A stretch of DNA of 64,000 nt. Source: Candidatus Omnitrophota bacterium. GTDB lineage: Bacteria; Omnitrophota; Gorgyraeia; Zapsychrales; Fredricksoniimonadaceae. This document shows, piece by piece, positions 40,269 through 51,335 of this stretch. Both the position numbers and the translations under genes were made by a program. The stretch spans positions 84,342 through 148,341 of the forward strand of contig CAWHFJ010000017.1 in NCBI GenBank assembly GCA_963828495.1. Reading direction: 5' to 3'. The notes below the pieces were generated by a model. It saw nothing but the letters and a program-made list of their open reading frames with translations, was not told the origin of the DNA and did no database searches. The stretch's first letter is position 1, and the number at the start of each line of letters is the position of its first letter.

Positions 40269-41324
40269 ATGGAAGAACTCAAGCGGATTGTTTTTAATCA
40301 GGAAAGCGAAGAGGACCAGGTCGTCAGCCTGTCCTTACGGCCGCAGCGTCTGGATGATTTTGTAGGGCAGCCGGATTTAGTCAAAGGTTTGCGGGTGGCG
40401 ATGGCAGCGGCCCAAAAGCGCAATGAACCTTTAGAGCATACGCTTTTTTCCGGTCCGCCGGGTTTAGGCAAAACATCCCTGGCCCATATCATTGCCAATG
40501 AAATGAACCATCGCATTACCATAACCTCGGGGCCTGCTATTGACCGTGCAGGGGACTTTATCGGCATTCTGACTAATTTGGAAAAAGGGGATGTGCTGTT
40601 TATTGATGAAATTCACCGGCTCTCCAAAACCGTTGAAGAATTCCTTTATCCGGCCATGGAAAATTTTAAAATTGATTTTATTGTGGATAAGGGCCCTTAT
40701 GCCAAAACTATTAATTTTAATTTGAAACCCTTTACCTTAATTGGAGCAACCACCCGCAGCGGCCTTTTGACCACACCCTTGCGGGACCGTTTTGGGATTT
40801 TTTATCATTTGGAATTTTACGCGGAAAGTGATTTGGCCAAGATTGTTTCGACTTCGGCCCAAAAACTCAATGTCCAAGTCGACGCTGATGCGTGTTTAGC
40901 CATGGCTCAACGTGCCCGCGGCACCCCGCGCATTGCTAACCGGCTGTTACGCCGCTGTCGTGACTATGCGCAGGTCAATGCGAACAAAAACCATATTGAT
41001 TTAAAAGTGGTGAATGAGGCTATGCAAGCGTTACGGATCGATGCTCATGGGCTGGATGAATTAGACCGCCGTTTACTGATGATTATTAAAACTCATTACA
41101 ACGGCGGCCCGGTGGGGATTGATGCTCTGGCGGCGACTTTAAACGAAGAAATAGATACCATTGAAGATGTCATTGAGCCCTATCTGTTAAAGATGGGATT
41201 TTTACGCCGTACGTCCAGGGGCAGGGAATTGACGCCTATGGCGATGGAGCATCTAAATGGGCGAACTTGGGTAAATCGATTATTGCCATCGGCATTGTTC
41301 TGGTCGTCGTTGGCGTTATTATAA
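40269..41324 (+). CDS. ruvB: Holliday junction DNA helicase RuvB (3' end uncertain)
   Basis: LRPQRLDDFVGQ, GPPGLGKTSLA, FIDEIHRL. The last ~20 codons overlap the next gene and look like out-of-frame hydrophobic sequence. Confidence 0.9.
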   Translation: MEELKRIVFNQESEEDQVVSLSLRPQRLDDFVGQPDLVKGLRVAMAAAQKRNEPLEHTLFSGPPGLGKTSLAHIIANEMNHRITITSGPAIDRAGDFIGILTNLEKGDVLFIDEIHRLSKTVEEFLYPAMENFKIDFIVDKGPYAKTINFNLKPFTLIGATTRSGLLTTPLRDRFGIFYHLEFYAESDLAKIVSTSAQKLNVQVDADACLAMAQRARGTPRIANRLLRRCRDYAQVNANKNHIDLKVVNEAMQALRIDAHGLDELDRRLLMIIKTHYNGGPVGIDALAATLNEEIDTIEDVIEPYLLKMGFLRRTSRGRELTPMAMEHLNGRTWVNRLLPSALFWSSLALL

Positions 41325-41473
41325 CGATGGCAGGGAAAATACCGGGAGTAGGAAAACTGCCCGGGGATATTTTTATTAAAAAAGACAACTTCAGCTTTTA
41401 TTTTCCCCTAACTACCTGTATTTTAGTAAGCATCATTTTCAGTGTGATTATGTATTGGATAGGAAAAAGATGA
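41267..41473 (+). CDS. DUF2905-family small membrane protein
   Basis: GKLPGDIFIKKDNFSFYFPLTTCILVSIIFSVI. The listed start is TTG 41267. An ATG at 41257 lies in frame 1 and is cut off by a GGG run. Confidence 0.6.
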   Translation: MGKSIIAIGIVLVVVGVIITMAGKIPGVGKLPGDIFIKKDNFSFYFPLTTCILVSIIFSVIMYWIGKR

Positions 41474-42684
41474 AAAGGCATACATTACTCGGCCTCATTT
41501 TAGTTTCAAGTGTCATCTGGATAGCTCATGTCCATGCCGATGATAAAATATCCTGGAAACCGCCGGAAATAGTGCGGGTGGCTATTGTGCGTGATTCCAG
41601 AGAAATGGTTTTAGCTATCCATGGGGCCTATCGTCTGCGTGATATGTCAACCGGCCATGTGATCGCCCGTGGATTAAGATTGCCTGAAAGCAAGGTGAGG
41701 CTTTTAGACCGCGGCATTCTAGTAGGCCTGGATGTTTATTCGGCTAAACGTGTGACTATTGAACCTGCCAAGGACGCTTCCATTATCATTAATGATCGTC
41801 CTTTTCGCGGGGAGGTGACCATTATCCGTACGTCGGACAACCGCATCACAGCCATCAATAGTATTAATGTCGAAGATTACATCAAAGGCGTGCTGTATCA
41901 TGAAGTGTCCCATCATTGGCCGATGGAAGCATTAAAAGCCCAGGCCGTGGCCGCCCGCACCTATGCGTTATATTCTCTGAATCCTGCAGGTAAAAACTAT
42001 GACGTGACGAATGATATTTATTCGCAGGTCTATGGAGGACGCGATTCCGAACGTTACCGTACGGATTTGGCTGTGGACCGTACCCGGGGAGAAGTGTTGA
42101 CGTATAACAATAAGATTATACCGACGTATTTTGATGCCACCTGTGGCGGCATGACCGAGGATGCGCGTGAATTATGGAACCTTCCGGACATCCCGCCGCT
42201 GCGCGGCGTGCCGTGTCCATTTTGCAAAAATTCACCGCACATGCACTGGACAAAAAATTTCCGGCTCAAAGACATTCAGGAGGTCCTTAACCGCCACGGC
42301 TATAAAATCGGTGCCATCAAGGATATCAGCATTGTTGACCGCAACCGCAGCGAGCGCATTGACCATTTAAAAATCACACCGGCCCAAGGCCCGGAACTAA
42401 TTATCAAAGGAAAAGATTTTCGCGATATCATGGGCCCCAATGTTCTTAAGAGCAATACTTATGAAATTGTCATGCGCGGCTATTTTGTGGATTTTGTCGG
42501 CCGTGGCTGGGGACATGGGGTAGGCATGTGCCAATGGGGCGCTTTAGGGATGGCCCAACAGCAATTTACCTATGAACAAATTTTAGCTTACTATTATCCA
42601 AGCTCCGTATTAATGAACTATCATGAACTCGAAAAATCTGAAACCATCAAAGATAACAAACCCCTCAAAACTCACGCCAAGTGA
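41470..42684 (+). CDS. SpoIID/LytB-domain protein
   Basis: Signal peptide from ATG 41470 (ATGA overlap). YIKGVLYHEV...EALKAQAVAARTYAL...YFDATCGG motifs. Confidence 0.8.
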   Translation: MKRHTLLGLILVSSVIWIAHVHADDKISWKPPEIVRVAIVRDSREMVLAIHGAYRLRDMSTGHVIARGLRLPESKVRLLDRGILVGLDVYSAKRVTIEPAKDASIIINDRPFRGEVTIIRTSDNRITAINSINVEDYIKGVLYHEVSHHWPMEALKAQAVAARTYALYSLNPAGKNYDVTNDIYSQVYGGRDSERYRTDLAVDRTRGEVLTYNNKIIPTYFDATCGGMTEDARELWNLPDIPPLRGVPCPFCKNSPHMHWTKNFRLKDIQEVLNRHGYKIGAIKDISIVDRNRSERIDHLKITPAQGPELIIKGKDFRDIMGPNVLKSNTYEIVMRGYFVDFVGRGWGHGVGMCQWGALGMAQQQFTYEQILAYYYPSSVLMNYHELEKSETIKDNKPLKTHAK

Positions 42685-43693
42685 TGTCTTTCAATTAGAG
42701 TCTTATTCTTATAGGCTGCCTGTAGAGCTGATTGCCCAACGGCCCCTTGAGCGTCGAGACCATGCCCGGCTTATGATACTTGACCGTGCTAGGGGCACCA
42801 TCCGTCACGATACCTTTAATCATCTCAATAATTATTTACCCAAGAGTTGTCTTTTTGTAGTCAATAACTCTCGTGTGATCCCGGCGCGTTTATTAGGCAA
42901 AAGAGCCACCGGTGCTGCTGTAGAGATATTTTTATTAAACCCTTTGGAAGACGGATATTCATTTGAGGTTTTGCTGCGGCCCTTAAAAAAAATCCGGGAA
43001 GGGGAAACCATTGATTTTGGCCACACAATCAGTACAGTCCTGACGAATAAAGACAAACGTATCGTACGTTTTAATAAAAAAAATATCGTTCGCTATCTAC
43101 AAGACATAGGCCACATGCCGTTGCCGCCCTATATCAAAAGGCCGGATACCATCCGCGACCGTGAAGATTATCAAACCGTATATGCCAAAAAACCGGGGTC
43201 CGTGGCCAGTCCTACGGCGGGGCTGCATTTTACCGATGATTTAATGACAGAACTTAAAAAACAGGGACATCAATTCTTAGAATTGACGCTGCATATTAAT
43301 TACGGAACATTTAAACCTGTTGAATGTGCGGATATACGTTCTCATGTGATGCATACGGAATATTACAGCCTCAAGCCTGCGGGGTATAAAAATATCCTGC
43401 GCTCAAAAGAGCAATCGAGACCCCTCGTGGCTGTGGGCACCACCGGTTGCCGTGTGCTTGAAACCGTCGCCCAGAGCGGAATTCTGCAAGGTCACAGTGA
43501 TATTTTTATTTATCCGGGTTATAAATTCCAAATGACGGATGTGCTGATAACCAATTTTCATTTGCCTTACAGTACGCTGTTGATGCTGGTATGCGCTTTC
43601 GGCGGATACGATTTGGTGATGAAGGCCTATCATGAAGCTATTCAAAGACGCTACCGTTTTTACAGCTATGGCGATGCCATGTTGATTCTTTAG
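42623..43693 (+). CDS. queA: S-adenosylmethionine:tRNA ribosyltransferase-isomerase
   Basis: YSYRLPVELIAQRPLERRDHARLM...GLHFT...VGTT. The only in-frame start I find (ATG 42623) overlaps the previous gene by 62 nt. Confidence 0.9.
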   Translation: MNSKNLKPSKITNPSKLTPSDVFQLESYSYRLPVELIAQRPLERRDHARLMILDRARGTIRHDTFNHLNNYLPKSCLFVVNNSRVIPARLLGKRATGAAVEIFLLNPLEDGYSFEVLLRPLKKIREGETIDFGHTISTVLTNKDKRIVRFNKKNIVRYLQDIGHMPLPPYIKRPDTIRDREDYQTVYAKKPGSVASPTAGLHFTDDLMTELKKQGHQFLELTLHINYGTFKPVECADIRSHVMHTEYYSLKPAGYKNILRSKEQSRPLVAVGTTGCRVLETVAQSGILQGHSDIFIYPGYKFQMTDVLITNFHLPYSTLLMLVCAFGGYDLVMKAYHEAIQRRYRFYSYGDAMLIL

Positions 43694-43719
43694 CTGTGAT
43701 ATGTTATCTTGCAGCATAG

Positions 43720-44907
<1,188 letters not shown>

Positions 44908-44915
44908 AGGTAACT

Positions 44916-45616
44916 ATGCTTCGTTTCGACATTATCACCATTTTCCCGGACATGTTTAAGCCGATACTTAACGAGTCCATCCTTAAACGTGCCCAGGAAA
45001 AAAAGAAAGTCGCTATCTACGTGCACGACCTGCGTGATTATACCGACGACAAGAAACACCGCAAAGTCGATGACCGGCCTTTTGGCGGAGGTCCGGGCAT
45101 GGTGTTAATGCCGCAACCTTTATTCGACGCGGTTAAAGCCATTAAAGGCAGACGCCGCGCCAAGGTGATTTACACTTGCCCCTCAGGAAAACCATTTTCT
45201 CAATTTCACGCAAAACGCTTGACCAGAGCTAAAAATTTGATTATTATCTGTGGCCATTACGAAGGGATCGATGAGCGTGTCCGCCGGCATCTGGTTGATG
45301 AAGAAATTTCAGTAGGGGACTATGTTTTAAGCGGAGGGGAAATCCCTGCCATGGTCATCATTGATGCCATAACACGTCTGGTTCCCGGCGTTTTAGGTAA
45401 AGAAGGAATCTTTGGTCCACGAATCATTTGAAAACAATTTATTAGAGGGGCCGCAGTATACCCGACCGGCAAATTTTCGTGGCAAAAAAGTACCTGATGT
45501 GTTATTATCTGGCAATCATAAAACAATAGCGACTTGGCGACAATGCACAAGCTCTGGCCAAGACTCAAGACCTCAGGCCTGATTTATTGTTAAAGAAAGG
45601 TAGGATTTGGACATGA
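44916..45616 (+). CDS. trmD: tRNA (guanine37-N1)-methyltransferase; two frame breaks (~45405, ~45544)
   Basis: [11 protein letters not shown]...GGGPGMV...YEGIDERV...GKE (frame 3) continues as [46 protein letters not shown] (frame 1), then [18 protein letters not shown] (frame 2). Confidence 0.85.
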
Positions 45617-45984
45617 CTGCGGGCAATATGGAAAAAATCGCCTCGGTGGGCGAAAAAAATATACGCAAGGATTTACCTGTATTTGACGTGGGCGACACTG
45701 TAAAAATGAAAATTAAGGTCAAGGAAGCCGATAAAGTCCGTATCCATCCTTTTGAGGGCACGGTGATCAAAAAGACCGGCATCGGCATGGGGTCTGCTTT
45801 TACCGTGCGTAAAATTTCTTTCGGTGAAGGTGTGGAGAGGACTTTTCCGCTTAATTCGCCGGTCATTGATAAAATCGAAGTCATTTCCAAGGGCGTTATT
45901 AAACGCGCGAAATTCTATTACCTGCGCGATCGTTTAGGTAAAAAAGCCCGCGTTCAAGTAGACCAAGGCGTAACCCCGGAGTAA
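45613..45984 (+). CDS. rplS: 50S ribosomal protein L19
   Basis: DLPVFDVGDTVKMKIKV...FEGTVI...RRAKFYYLRDRLGKKAR pattern. Confidence 0.9.
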   Translation: MTAGNMEKIASVGEKNIRKDLPVFDVGDTVKMKIKVKEADKVRIHPFEGTVIKKTGIGMGSAFTVRKISFGEGVERTFPLNSPVIDKIEVISKGVIKRAKFYYLRDRLGKKARVQVDQGVTPE

Positions 45985-46000
45985 TCAAGACAACTTTTCA

Positions 46001-46720
46001 ATGTCGAAGGTCCTCATGCCGGACACTCGCAGTTGCTCGCAATTGGGCCTTTTGTCTGCCCATGCCGCAGATATGCTTTATTATGAAACGCAAGCCTACC
46101 ATAAAGGCTTGCGTTTTATTTTAGGGCGTGGATGAAGCAGGCCGAGGGCCCTTGGCCGGCCCGGTGGTGGCTGCTGCGGTCTGTTTGCGGCAGTTCGACT
46201 TTCAATGTACCATCGACGATTCCAAAAAAATGAGGCCCAAAGCCCGTGAAGCCGCCTTTCACGAAATTTTTGAAAAAGCCTATGTCGGCATCGGCATAAT
46301 CAGTGAAACAGCTATTGATAGTATCAATATCCTTAACGCTTCCCATAGGGCGATGGAAATGGCCGTTAAAGCAATTGATCCACAGTATGCCGCAAGAAAT
46401 CACATCGGGGACGCTTTCGCTCGTCAGGTGATGCTTTTAGTCGATGGCAATATTTTCAGGTCTCAATTGACTTACTCATATCAGACGATCATTGGAGGGG
46501 ACGGGAAATCATTATCCATTGCCTGTGCTTCCATCATAGCCAAAGTTTATCGTGACCATATTTTAAACGCTTATGATAAAATATTCCCGCAATATGGGTT
46601 TGCTCAACATAAAGGTTATCCCACCTAAGGCTCATCGATCGGCCATCAAAAAGCATGGGGCATGCCATGATCCATCGCAGAAGTTTTCAGGGAGCATTGT
46701 ATGATTACGGACAGCATTGA
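46001..46720 (+). CDS. rnhB: ribonuclease HII; three frame breaks (~46127, ~46626, ~46666)
   Basis: MSKVLMPD...YHKGLRFILG (frame 2) continues as VDEAGRGPLAGPVVAAAV...HKGYPT (frame 3), then KAHRSAIKKHG (frame 1), then IHRRSFQGAL (frame 2). Confidence 0.8.
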
Positions 46721-47159
46721 TCATTTAAGGCGTTATGCAGTACCCAAAACCGAAGAAATCCTCAAATTTATTGCTGAGCATGATTGTGCCCATTTGCCGG
46801 ACGGGGAAATAGAAATTGAAGGCCGGCAATTGTTTGTGCGCATCATGAGTTATCAACCCAAGAAGGCCTCGGCGAACCGTTTTGAAATACATCGTATTTA
46901 CGCGGATGTGCAGTATGTCGTAAGTGGGACAGAACTGATGCAAACCGCCCGTATGGAGGATTTGGTTGCGTTGACGGATTATGACCCCAAAGGTGATTAT
47001 CATTTTTTTAAAATGTCCGGTGATGCCACCACGGACTTGATTGTAAGACCCAATGAATTCGCGGTCTTTTACCCTCAAGAAGCCCATCGCCCGTCCTGTT
47101 TGTATAAGGGCTATAAGGGTTTGGTCAAAAAGCTTGTTTTTAAAATTAAAATTAATTAG
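46701..47159 (+). CDS. YhcH/YjgK/YiaL (DUF386) family protein
   Basis: GEIEIEGRQLFVRIMSY...HRIYADVQYVVSGTE...FAVFYPQEAHRP. Confidence 0.7.
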   Translation: MITDSIDHLRRYAVPKTEEILKFIAEHDCAHLPDGEIEIEGRQLFVRIMSYQPKKASANRFEIHRIYADVQYVVSGTELMQTARMEDLVALTDYDPKGDYHFFKMSGDATTDLIVRPNEFAVFYPQEAHRPSCLYKGYKGLVKKLVFKIKIN

Positions 47160-47169
47160 AGGGAGAAGA

Positions 47170-47664
47170 ATGAATATTTTCGTAGGCAATTTGTCATTTT
47201 CAGCCACTGAACAGGACGTCAAAATTCTTTTTGAAACTTTTGGCGTTGTAGCTTCCGTTAATATCAAAAAAAGATCAGGCAAGAATTCGCGGGGTTTTGG
47301 TTTTGTGCATATGCCCGATGAAGCCCAAGCCCAAGCGGCCATCAGCGCTTTACAGGACAAAGAGTTTATGGGGCGAACTTTAAGTGTGAGCGTTGAGCGT
47401 CCCAAAGCTGTTAGGCCCAAAAAAAATTATAAGGAAATCCAAAGACTACGCTTGGAAGCCAACAATAAACTCCCGGCTGTTTTTGCCGCTCCCACTATTC
47501 CTGAGAAAAAAGATAACCCTCGCAGAAAGTTCCGCCAAGATGCTAAGAAATTTGCGCAACCTGCCGGGGCCCAGGCCTGGGAGAAAAGAAAAGGCAGAGG
47601 CACTTCCAAACCTTGGAAGAAGAAACCGGGTGGCGTGAATAAAAAATTTAAATATGCGCGATGA
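47170..47664 (+). CDS. RRM-type RNA-binding protein with a basic C-terminal tail
   Basis: NIFVGNLSF (RNP-2) and RGFGFVHM (RNP-1). GGAG Shine-Dalgarno before the ATG at 47170. Confidence 0.8.
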   Translation: MNIFVGNLSFSATEQDVKILFETFGVVASVNIKKRSGKNSRGFGFVHMPDEAQAQAAISALQDKEFMGRTLSVSVERPKAVRPKKNYKEIQRLRLEANNKLPAVFAAPTIPEKKDNPRRKFRQDAKKFAQPAGAQAWEKRKGRGTSKPWKKKPGGVNKKFKYAR

Positions 47665-48172
47665 TCTCATAGAAGTTAAAATCGGTGACATTACCCAGGA
47701 ACAGGTGGATGCCATCGTCAATGCCGCCAATACCGGTCTTTTAGGCGGTGGCGGGGTTGATGGAGCCATCCATCTGGCTGCGGGGCCCCAGCTTTTGGCA
47801 GAATGCATCACATTACGCGGCTGCAAAACAGGGGAAGCTAAAATAACCAAAGGCTACAATCTTCCTGCCAAATTTGTTATTCATACGGTTGGGCCTGTAT
47901 GGCATGGGGGGAGCCGCAATGAGGACCAGCTGCTGGCTAATTGCTATCGCCATTCATTAAAGGTTGCCCAAGACAATCAAATCCGCACGATTGCGTTCCC
48001 GGCGATCAGTACAGGTGTTTACCGTTTTCCCATCGACCGCGCCGCACACATCGCCGTCAAAACAGTCAAAGAAAATTTAGTCGGATCAGGGATCAAAAAA
48101 CTCATCTTTGTTTGTTTCAATGAAATTATTTATAAAGCTTACACTGCAATCCTTAAAAAAGAGGGGATATGA
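47654..48172 (+). CDS. macro-domain protein (O-acetyl-ADP-ribose deacetylase-like)
   Basis: [30 protein letters not shown]...[11 protein letters not shown]. Confidence 0.85.
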   Translation: MRDDLIEVKIGDITQEQVDAIVNAANTGLLGGGGVDGAIHLAAGPQLLAECITLRGCKTGEAKITKGYNLPAKFVIHTVGPVWHGGSRNEDQLLANCYRHSLKVAQDNQIRTIAFPAISTGVYRFPIDRAAHIAVKTVKENLVGSGIKKLIFVCFNEIIYKAYTAILKKEGI

Positions 48173-49086
48173 ACACCGCTAAAGAAAAACCCGGCATCCC
48201 TGAAGAGTTTTTACGGCGTCAAGCATGGAAATATTACGCTGTACTATTAGCATGGCCGATATATATGTTTTTTTTGCCCTGGGTTTGGAGGCAGAATGTC
48301 CCCTTGGGATTGGCTTTGATGGTATTTCCGGGGGTCTACTTATTTACATGGATGGGGTTTTTGATGCACGAATGCTGGCATCACTATGTGCCGAATGTGC
48401 CCAACAATTTCTTCTACCAAATTTTTTCCTGGTTGCTTTTAACTGACCCGCAGATTTATCGTCTGCTCCATGGTTATCATCATGCTCAGGTCCATTCCTG
48501 GGCAGATTGGGAGTTTCATCCGTTTGGAGAGATAAAAACGCGCTCATGGCGCATCTTACTGAATATGGCCGAATTAGTTTTTGGCATAGCCGCCCTGGTT
48601 GTGGTCCAGACATTGACGATGATGAGCAATGCGCATTTTCGGGGCAAATTCAGCCTTAAGAGTTTGCTTATGGCCATCTTCATGTGGAGTGCCTATTTGG
48701 TCTTGATCGGTTGGGCCGCTCAAAGGGCTTTTTCTATTCCTGTCAGCGGCATTGTTGTCCCGTATGTGTTAACTTTCTGGTTTGGGTCATTAGTATTACA
48801 TCACTCGCAATTAATTGAACATGGCAACCTTATTGTTGGCGGCAATTGGAATGAGCGTAATATAAAAACACGTAATTTAGCAGCTCATGGGTGGGCAGAA
48901 AAACTTTTTATCTTTCTTACCCATGGGGATTCCCATGAACATGTGCTTCATCACGTACTACCTGCAGTCCATTCCCGTATAGTTCCCGGCAAGATGCCTT
49001 TACCGCAGAATTCAGTCATGATTACGTTACGTGAATATAGGAGCATTATTCTTGATATGGTTTTAGGTCGAATATCAACACGATAA
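48169..49086 (+). CDS. membrane fatty-acid-desaturase-family protein
   Basis: Histidine boxes [15 protein letters not shown] and HVLHH in a polytopic protein. Confidence 0.7.
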   Translation: MNTAKEKPGIPEEFLRRQAWKYYAVLLAWPIYMFFLPWVWRQNVPLGLALMVFPGVYLFTWMGFLMHECWHHYVPNVPNNFFYQIFSWLLLTDPQIYRLLHGYHHAQVHSWADWEFHPFGEIKTRSWRILLNMAELVFGIAALVVVQTLTMMSNAHFRGKFSLKSLLMAIFMWSAYLVLIGWAAQRAFSIPVSGIVVPYVLTFWFGSLVLHHSQLIEHGNLIVGGNWNERNIKTRNLAAHGWAEKLFIFLTHGDSHEHVLHHVLPAVHSRIVPGKMPLPQNSVMITLREYRSIILDMVLGRISTR

Positions 49087-49095
49087 CCTCAATAA

Positions 49096-50730
49096 ATGAC
49101 CGATCAAACTAAACAAAATAAAATATTTTTCGACTCCAAGCTTGTGCCTTGGGGGCTTTGGGCTCTGCTCATAGGTGAATATCTATTTATATTTTTGTTT
49201 TTGCTGAATTATTATTTTGCATTCATGCATCATGAGAATTTCTTGACCCATAAGTGGATATTGAGCAATGGTAAAAACTGGCATTGGGAAGATTTAGGCA
49301 GGTCTTTGAATGTTGATGTTTTGGAAGGATACCCTGATAGAATTGCCCGTCCTCTATCCAACCTTTTACAAGTGATTGATGTCAAATTTCGGGCATTTTG
49401 CTGGAACTTTATACCGCCGCATCCGTCCTTGTCTTGTTATTGGCCGTTATTTTTCTTAGGCACGCCATTTTTTTTGTTTAAATTTTTTAAGAACATGGGT
49501 TGTTATCCGGCCATGGCTTTTGGCGGTATGTGCTTATATGTGGCTTCGATCGGCTTTTTAGGTCCTTTGGTCATGTTTTTTCATCCGGCTAAGAATCTTG
49601 TGAATTTTTTTACGGTGCTGAGTCTCTTTTTAGGGTCACGGATCTATGCAAAGACGGTGACCTTGCCTTGGAATTCTTCCGTGAAAGAAATACCTCACTT
49701 TTGGCGGCAATTTATTTTATTTTGGTTGGCTATTTTTGTAGGTTTTTTTTGTGATGAGACGGGATTATTTATTTACATCACGGCTACGGCCATGCTCTAT
49801 CCTATTTTAATTTTATTTAAAGAGAGGCGTGTCGTTTTAGGTGTTTATCTATTGTTACCTATGGCCTATGGGTGTGTCATTGATTTTTTACTGCCTTTTG
49901 TCCATCTTTGCGTGAGAGGGCGTCATGTCAGTCTGGCACACTGCCATTTACTGCCGCAACTAGATAAAATTTCTTGGGGAGGCATTAAGACCAATGGTAT
50001 ATGGTTATTGGCTGATCATCCTCATATGCAATTGAATATCCCCGATTTGTTGCCGTATAATCCGGTGCTTTTTTCATTACAATTAATCTATACCTTGAGC
50101 ATGTGTTTTGTGTTATGCCTATTCATTAAGACTCTCTGTCAGGAGCATTCCCGTCTAAGGATCAAACAGCTTATATCTTGCATTGGCCTATTATTTTTAT
50201 TTGTCATTTTTCAATCTTTCTTATTTTTAGGGTTACCTTTCCAATCTTGGGGAGTTAAAGCGTGGGGAGTCTGGTGGTACGGAAGCCTGTTTTCCTTATT
50301 ATTTTTTATTGGGCTGACATTTGTTTTACAGTTAATAGCAGAGGGGAAGTATCATTCATTATTTAGACATTTTTTTGTGGCTATTATTCTCTTGGGAGTC
50401 CTTCAAGGTTTGGTTTTCGGCGTTTACCGTGTAGATATTATCGAAGGTGATCGCCAAGGCTATGAGACATCAAAGGGCAATGACGGCGGATATACCCTTG
50501 AACAAATTTTTAACGGCCGGATAGGCCCCTATTATAAATCTCTTAATTGGCTTGATGTTGTTAAAATAAGTGAATGCCGTCGTCTGGTGACAGTTAATGT
50601 ATGGAGTAAGGTCAAACACAAAAATATTAGTCCTCCGATTGCGCCAAAGGAGTTGGCTTATTGTGATCAAGTATTATCCTCTGATCGCTCTTTTGTTGCT
50701 GAGGCGGAGTATTTGTCGGTAGAGTTATAG
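49096..50730 (+). CDS. large polytopic membrane protein, unknown function
   Basis: 544 aa with 10 or more hydrophobic segments and a soluble C-terminal part of about 100 aa. I recognise no family. Confidence 0.5.
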   Translation: MTDQTKQNKIFFDSKLVPWGLWALLIGEYLFIFLFLLNYYFAFMHHENFLTHKWILSNGKNWHWEDLGRSLNVDVLEGYPDRIARPLSNLLQVIDVKFRAFCWNFIPPHPSLSCYWPLFFLGTPFFLFKFFKNMGCYPAMAFGGMCLYVASIGFLGPLVMFFHPAKNLVNFFTVLSLFLGSRIYAKTVTLPWNSSVKEIPHFWRQFILFWLAIFVGFFCDETGLFIYITATAMLYPILILFKERRVVLGVYLLLPMAYGCVIDFLLPFVHLCVRGRHVSLAHCHLLPQLDKISWGGIKTNGIWLLADHPHMQLNIPDLLPYNPVLFSLQLIYTLSMCFVLCLFIKTLCQEHSRLRIKQLISCIGLLFLFVIFQSFLFLGLPFQSWGVKAWGVWWYGSLFSLLFFIGLTFVLQLIAEGKYHSLFRHFFVAIILLGVLQGLVFGVYRVDIIEGDRQGYETSKGNDGGYTLEQIFNGRIGPYYKSLNWLDVVKISECRRLVTVNVWSKVKHKNISPPIAPKELAYCDQVLSSDRSFVAEAEYLSVEL

Positions 50731-50734
50731 ATTT

Positions 50735-50762
50735 TTGATTTCACAACACTCTATGATACAAT
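50735..50762 (+). promoter_or_regulatory. sigma70-like promoter (TTGATT-16-TACAAT)
   Basis: Hexamers at 50735-50740 and 50757-50762, upstream of the PilZ gene. Confidence 0.5.
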
Positions 50763-50787
50763 CTATTCTATACGGAGATCCTATCAT

Positions 50788-51126
50788 ATGAAAGACATGT
50801 TTAACGACAAGCGGCGGCATCAACGTAAAAAAATGCCGGCTGGGGTCTATTATAAGGATGAAAAAAAGCAATCCTTCGATGGTTGTATAGCCAAAGACGT
50901 TAGCGAAAGCGGGGTATGCATTAGACTCAAAGAGTTTTTCCCTATAGGGACTGTTTTGGATTTACAATTTAAATTGCCGTTATCGTTATCGGCCATATAT
51001 GTTAAAGGCAAAATAAGATGGATTAATAAAATGTCTTATAACGAAGAATGGGAAGCAGGGCTGGAAATATTCATGGATAAGCACTACATGGAACTTGTTC
51101 AAAAATATATTAATTCGGAAAATTAA
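50788..51126 (+). CDS. PilZ-domain protein
   Basis: RRHQR (RxxxR) and DVSESG (DxSxxG) at the canonical spacing. Confidence 0.7.
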   Translation: MKDMFNDKRRHQRKKMPAGVYYKDEKKQSFDGCIAKDVSESGVCIRLKEFFPIGTVLDLQFKLPLSLSAIYVKGKIRWINKMSYNEEWEAGLEIFMDKHYMELVQKYINSEN

Positions 51127-51163
51127 ACATCGTTATCCTGAACACATCTGCTGGTCGATCCTC

Positions 51164-51335
51164 TAATCAACATTAAGGTAACGGCCCCTTTCTAGAAACA
51201 AATAAATATGAAAAAAGTATTTTTAGAGACCTACGGCTGGCCGTCTTTCCTTAAATTAACATTGAGGAAACGGCACTACCTATATGTCTTTTCTGGAGGT
51301 AAATTTTGAAAATATTTTTGGAGACATATGGCTGC
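51164..51335 (+). repeat. diverged tandem duplication (~90-nt period) of the miaB leader plus its first codons
   Basis: Copy A (51164-51239) reads ...AACATTAAGGTAACGGC...ATGAAAAAAGTATTTTTAGAGACCTACGGCTG. Copy B (51252-51333) reads ...AACATTGAGGAAACGGC...TTGAAAATATTTTTGGAGACATATGGCTG. Confidence 0.55.

Noticed and set aside
46725-47420. 231-aa minus-strand ORF, the longest antisense ORF in the track
   Set aside because: It lies entirely opposite two well-supported + strand genes, the YhcH-family gene and the RRM protein with RNP-1/RNP-2 motifs. It has no recognisable motifs and no Shine-Dalgarno. I treat it as a shadow ORF.
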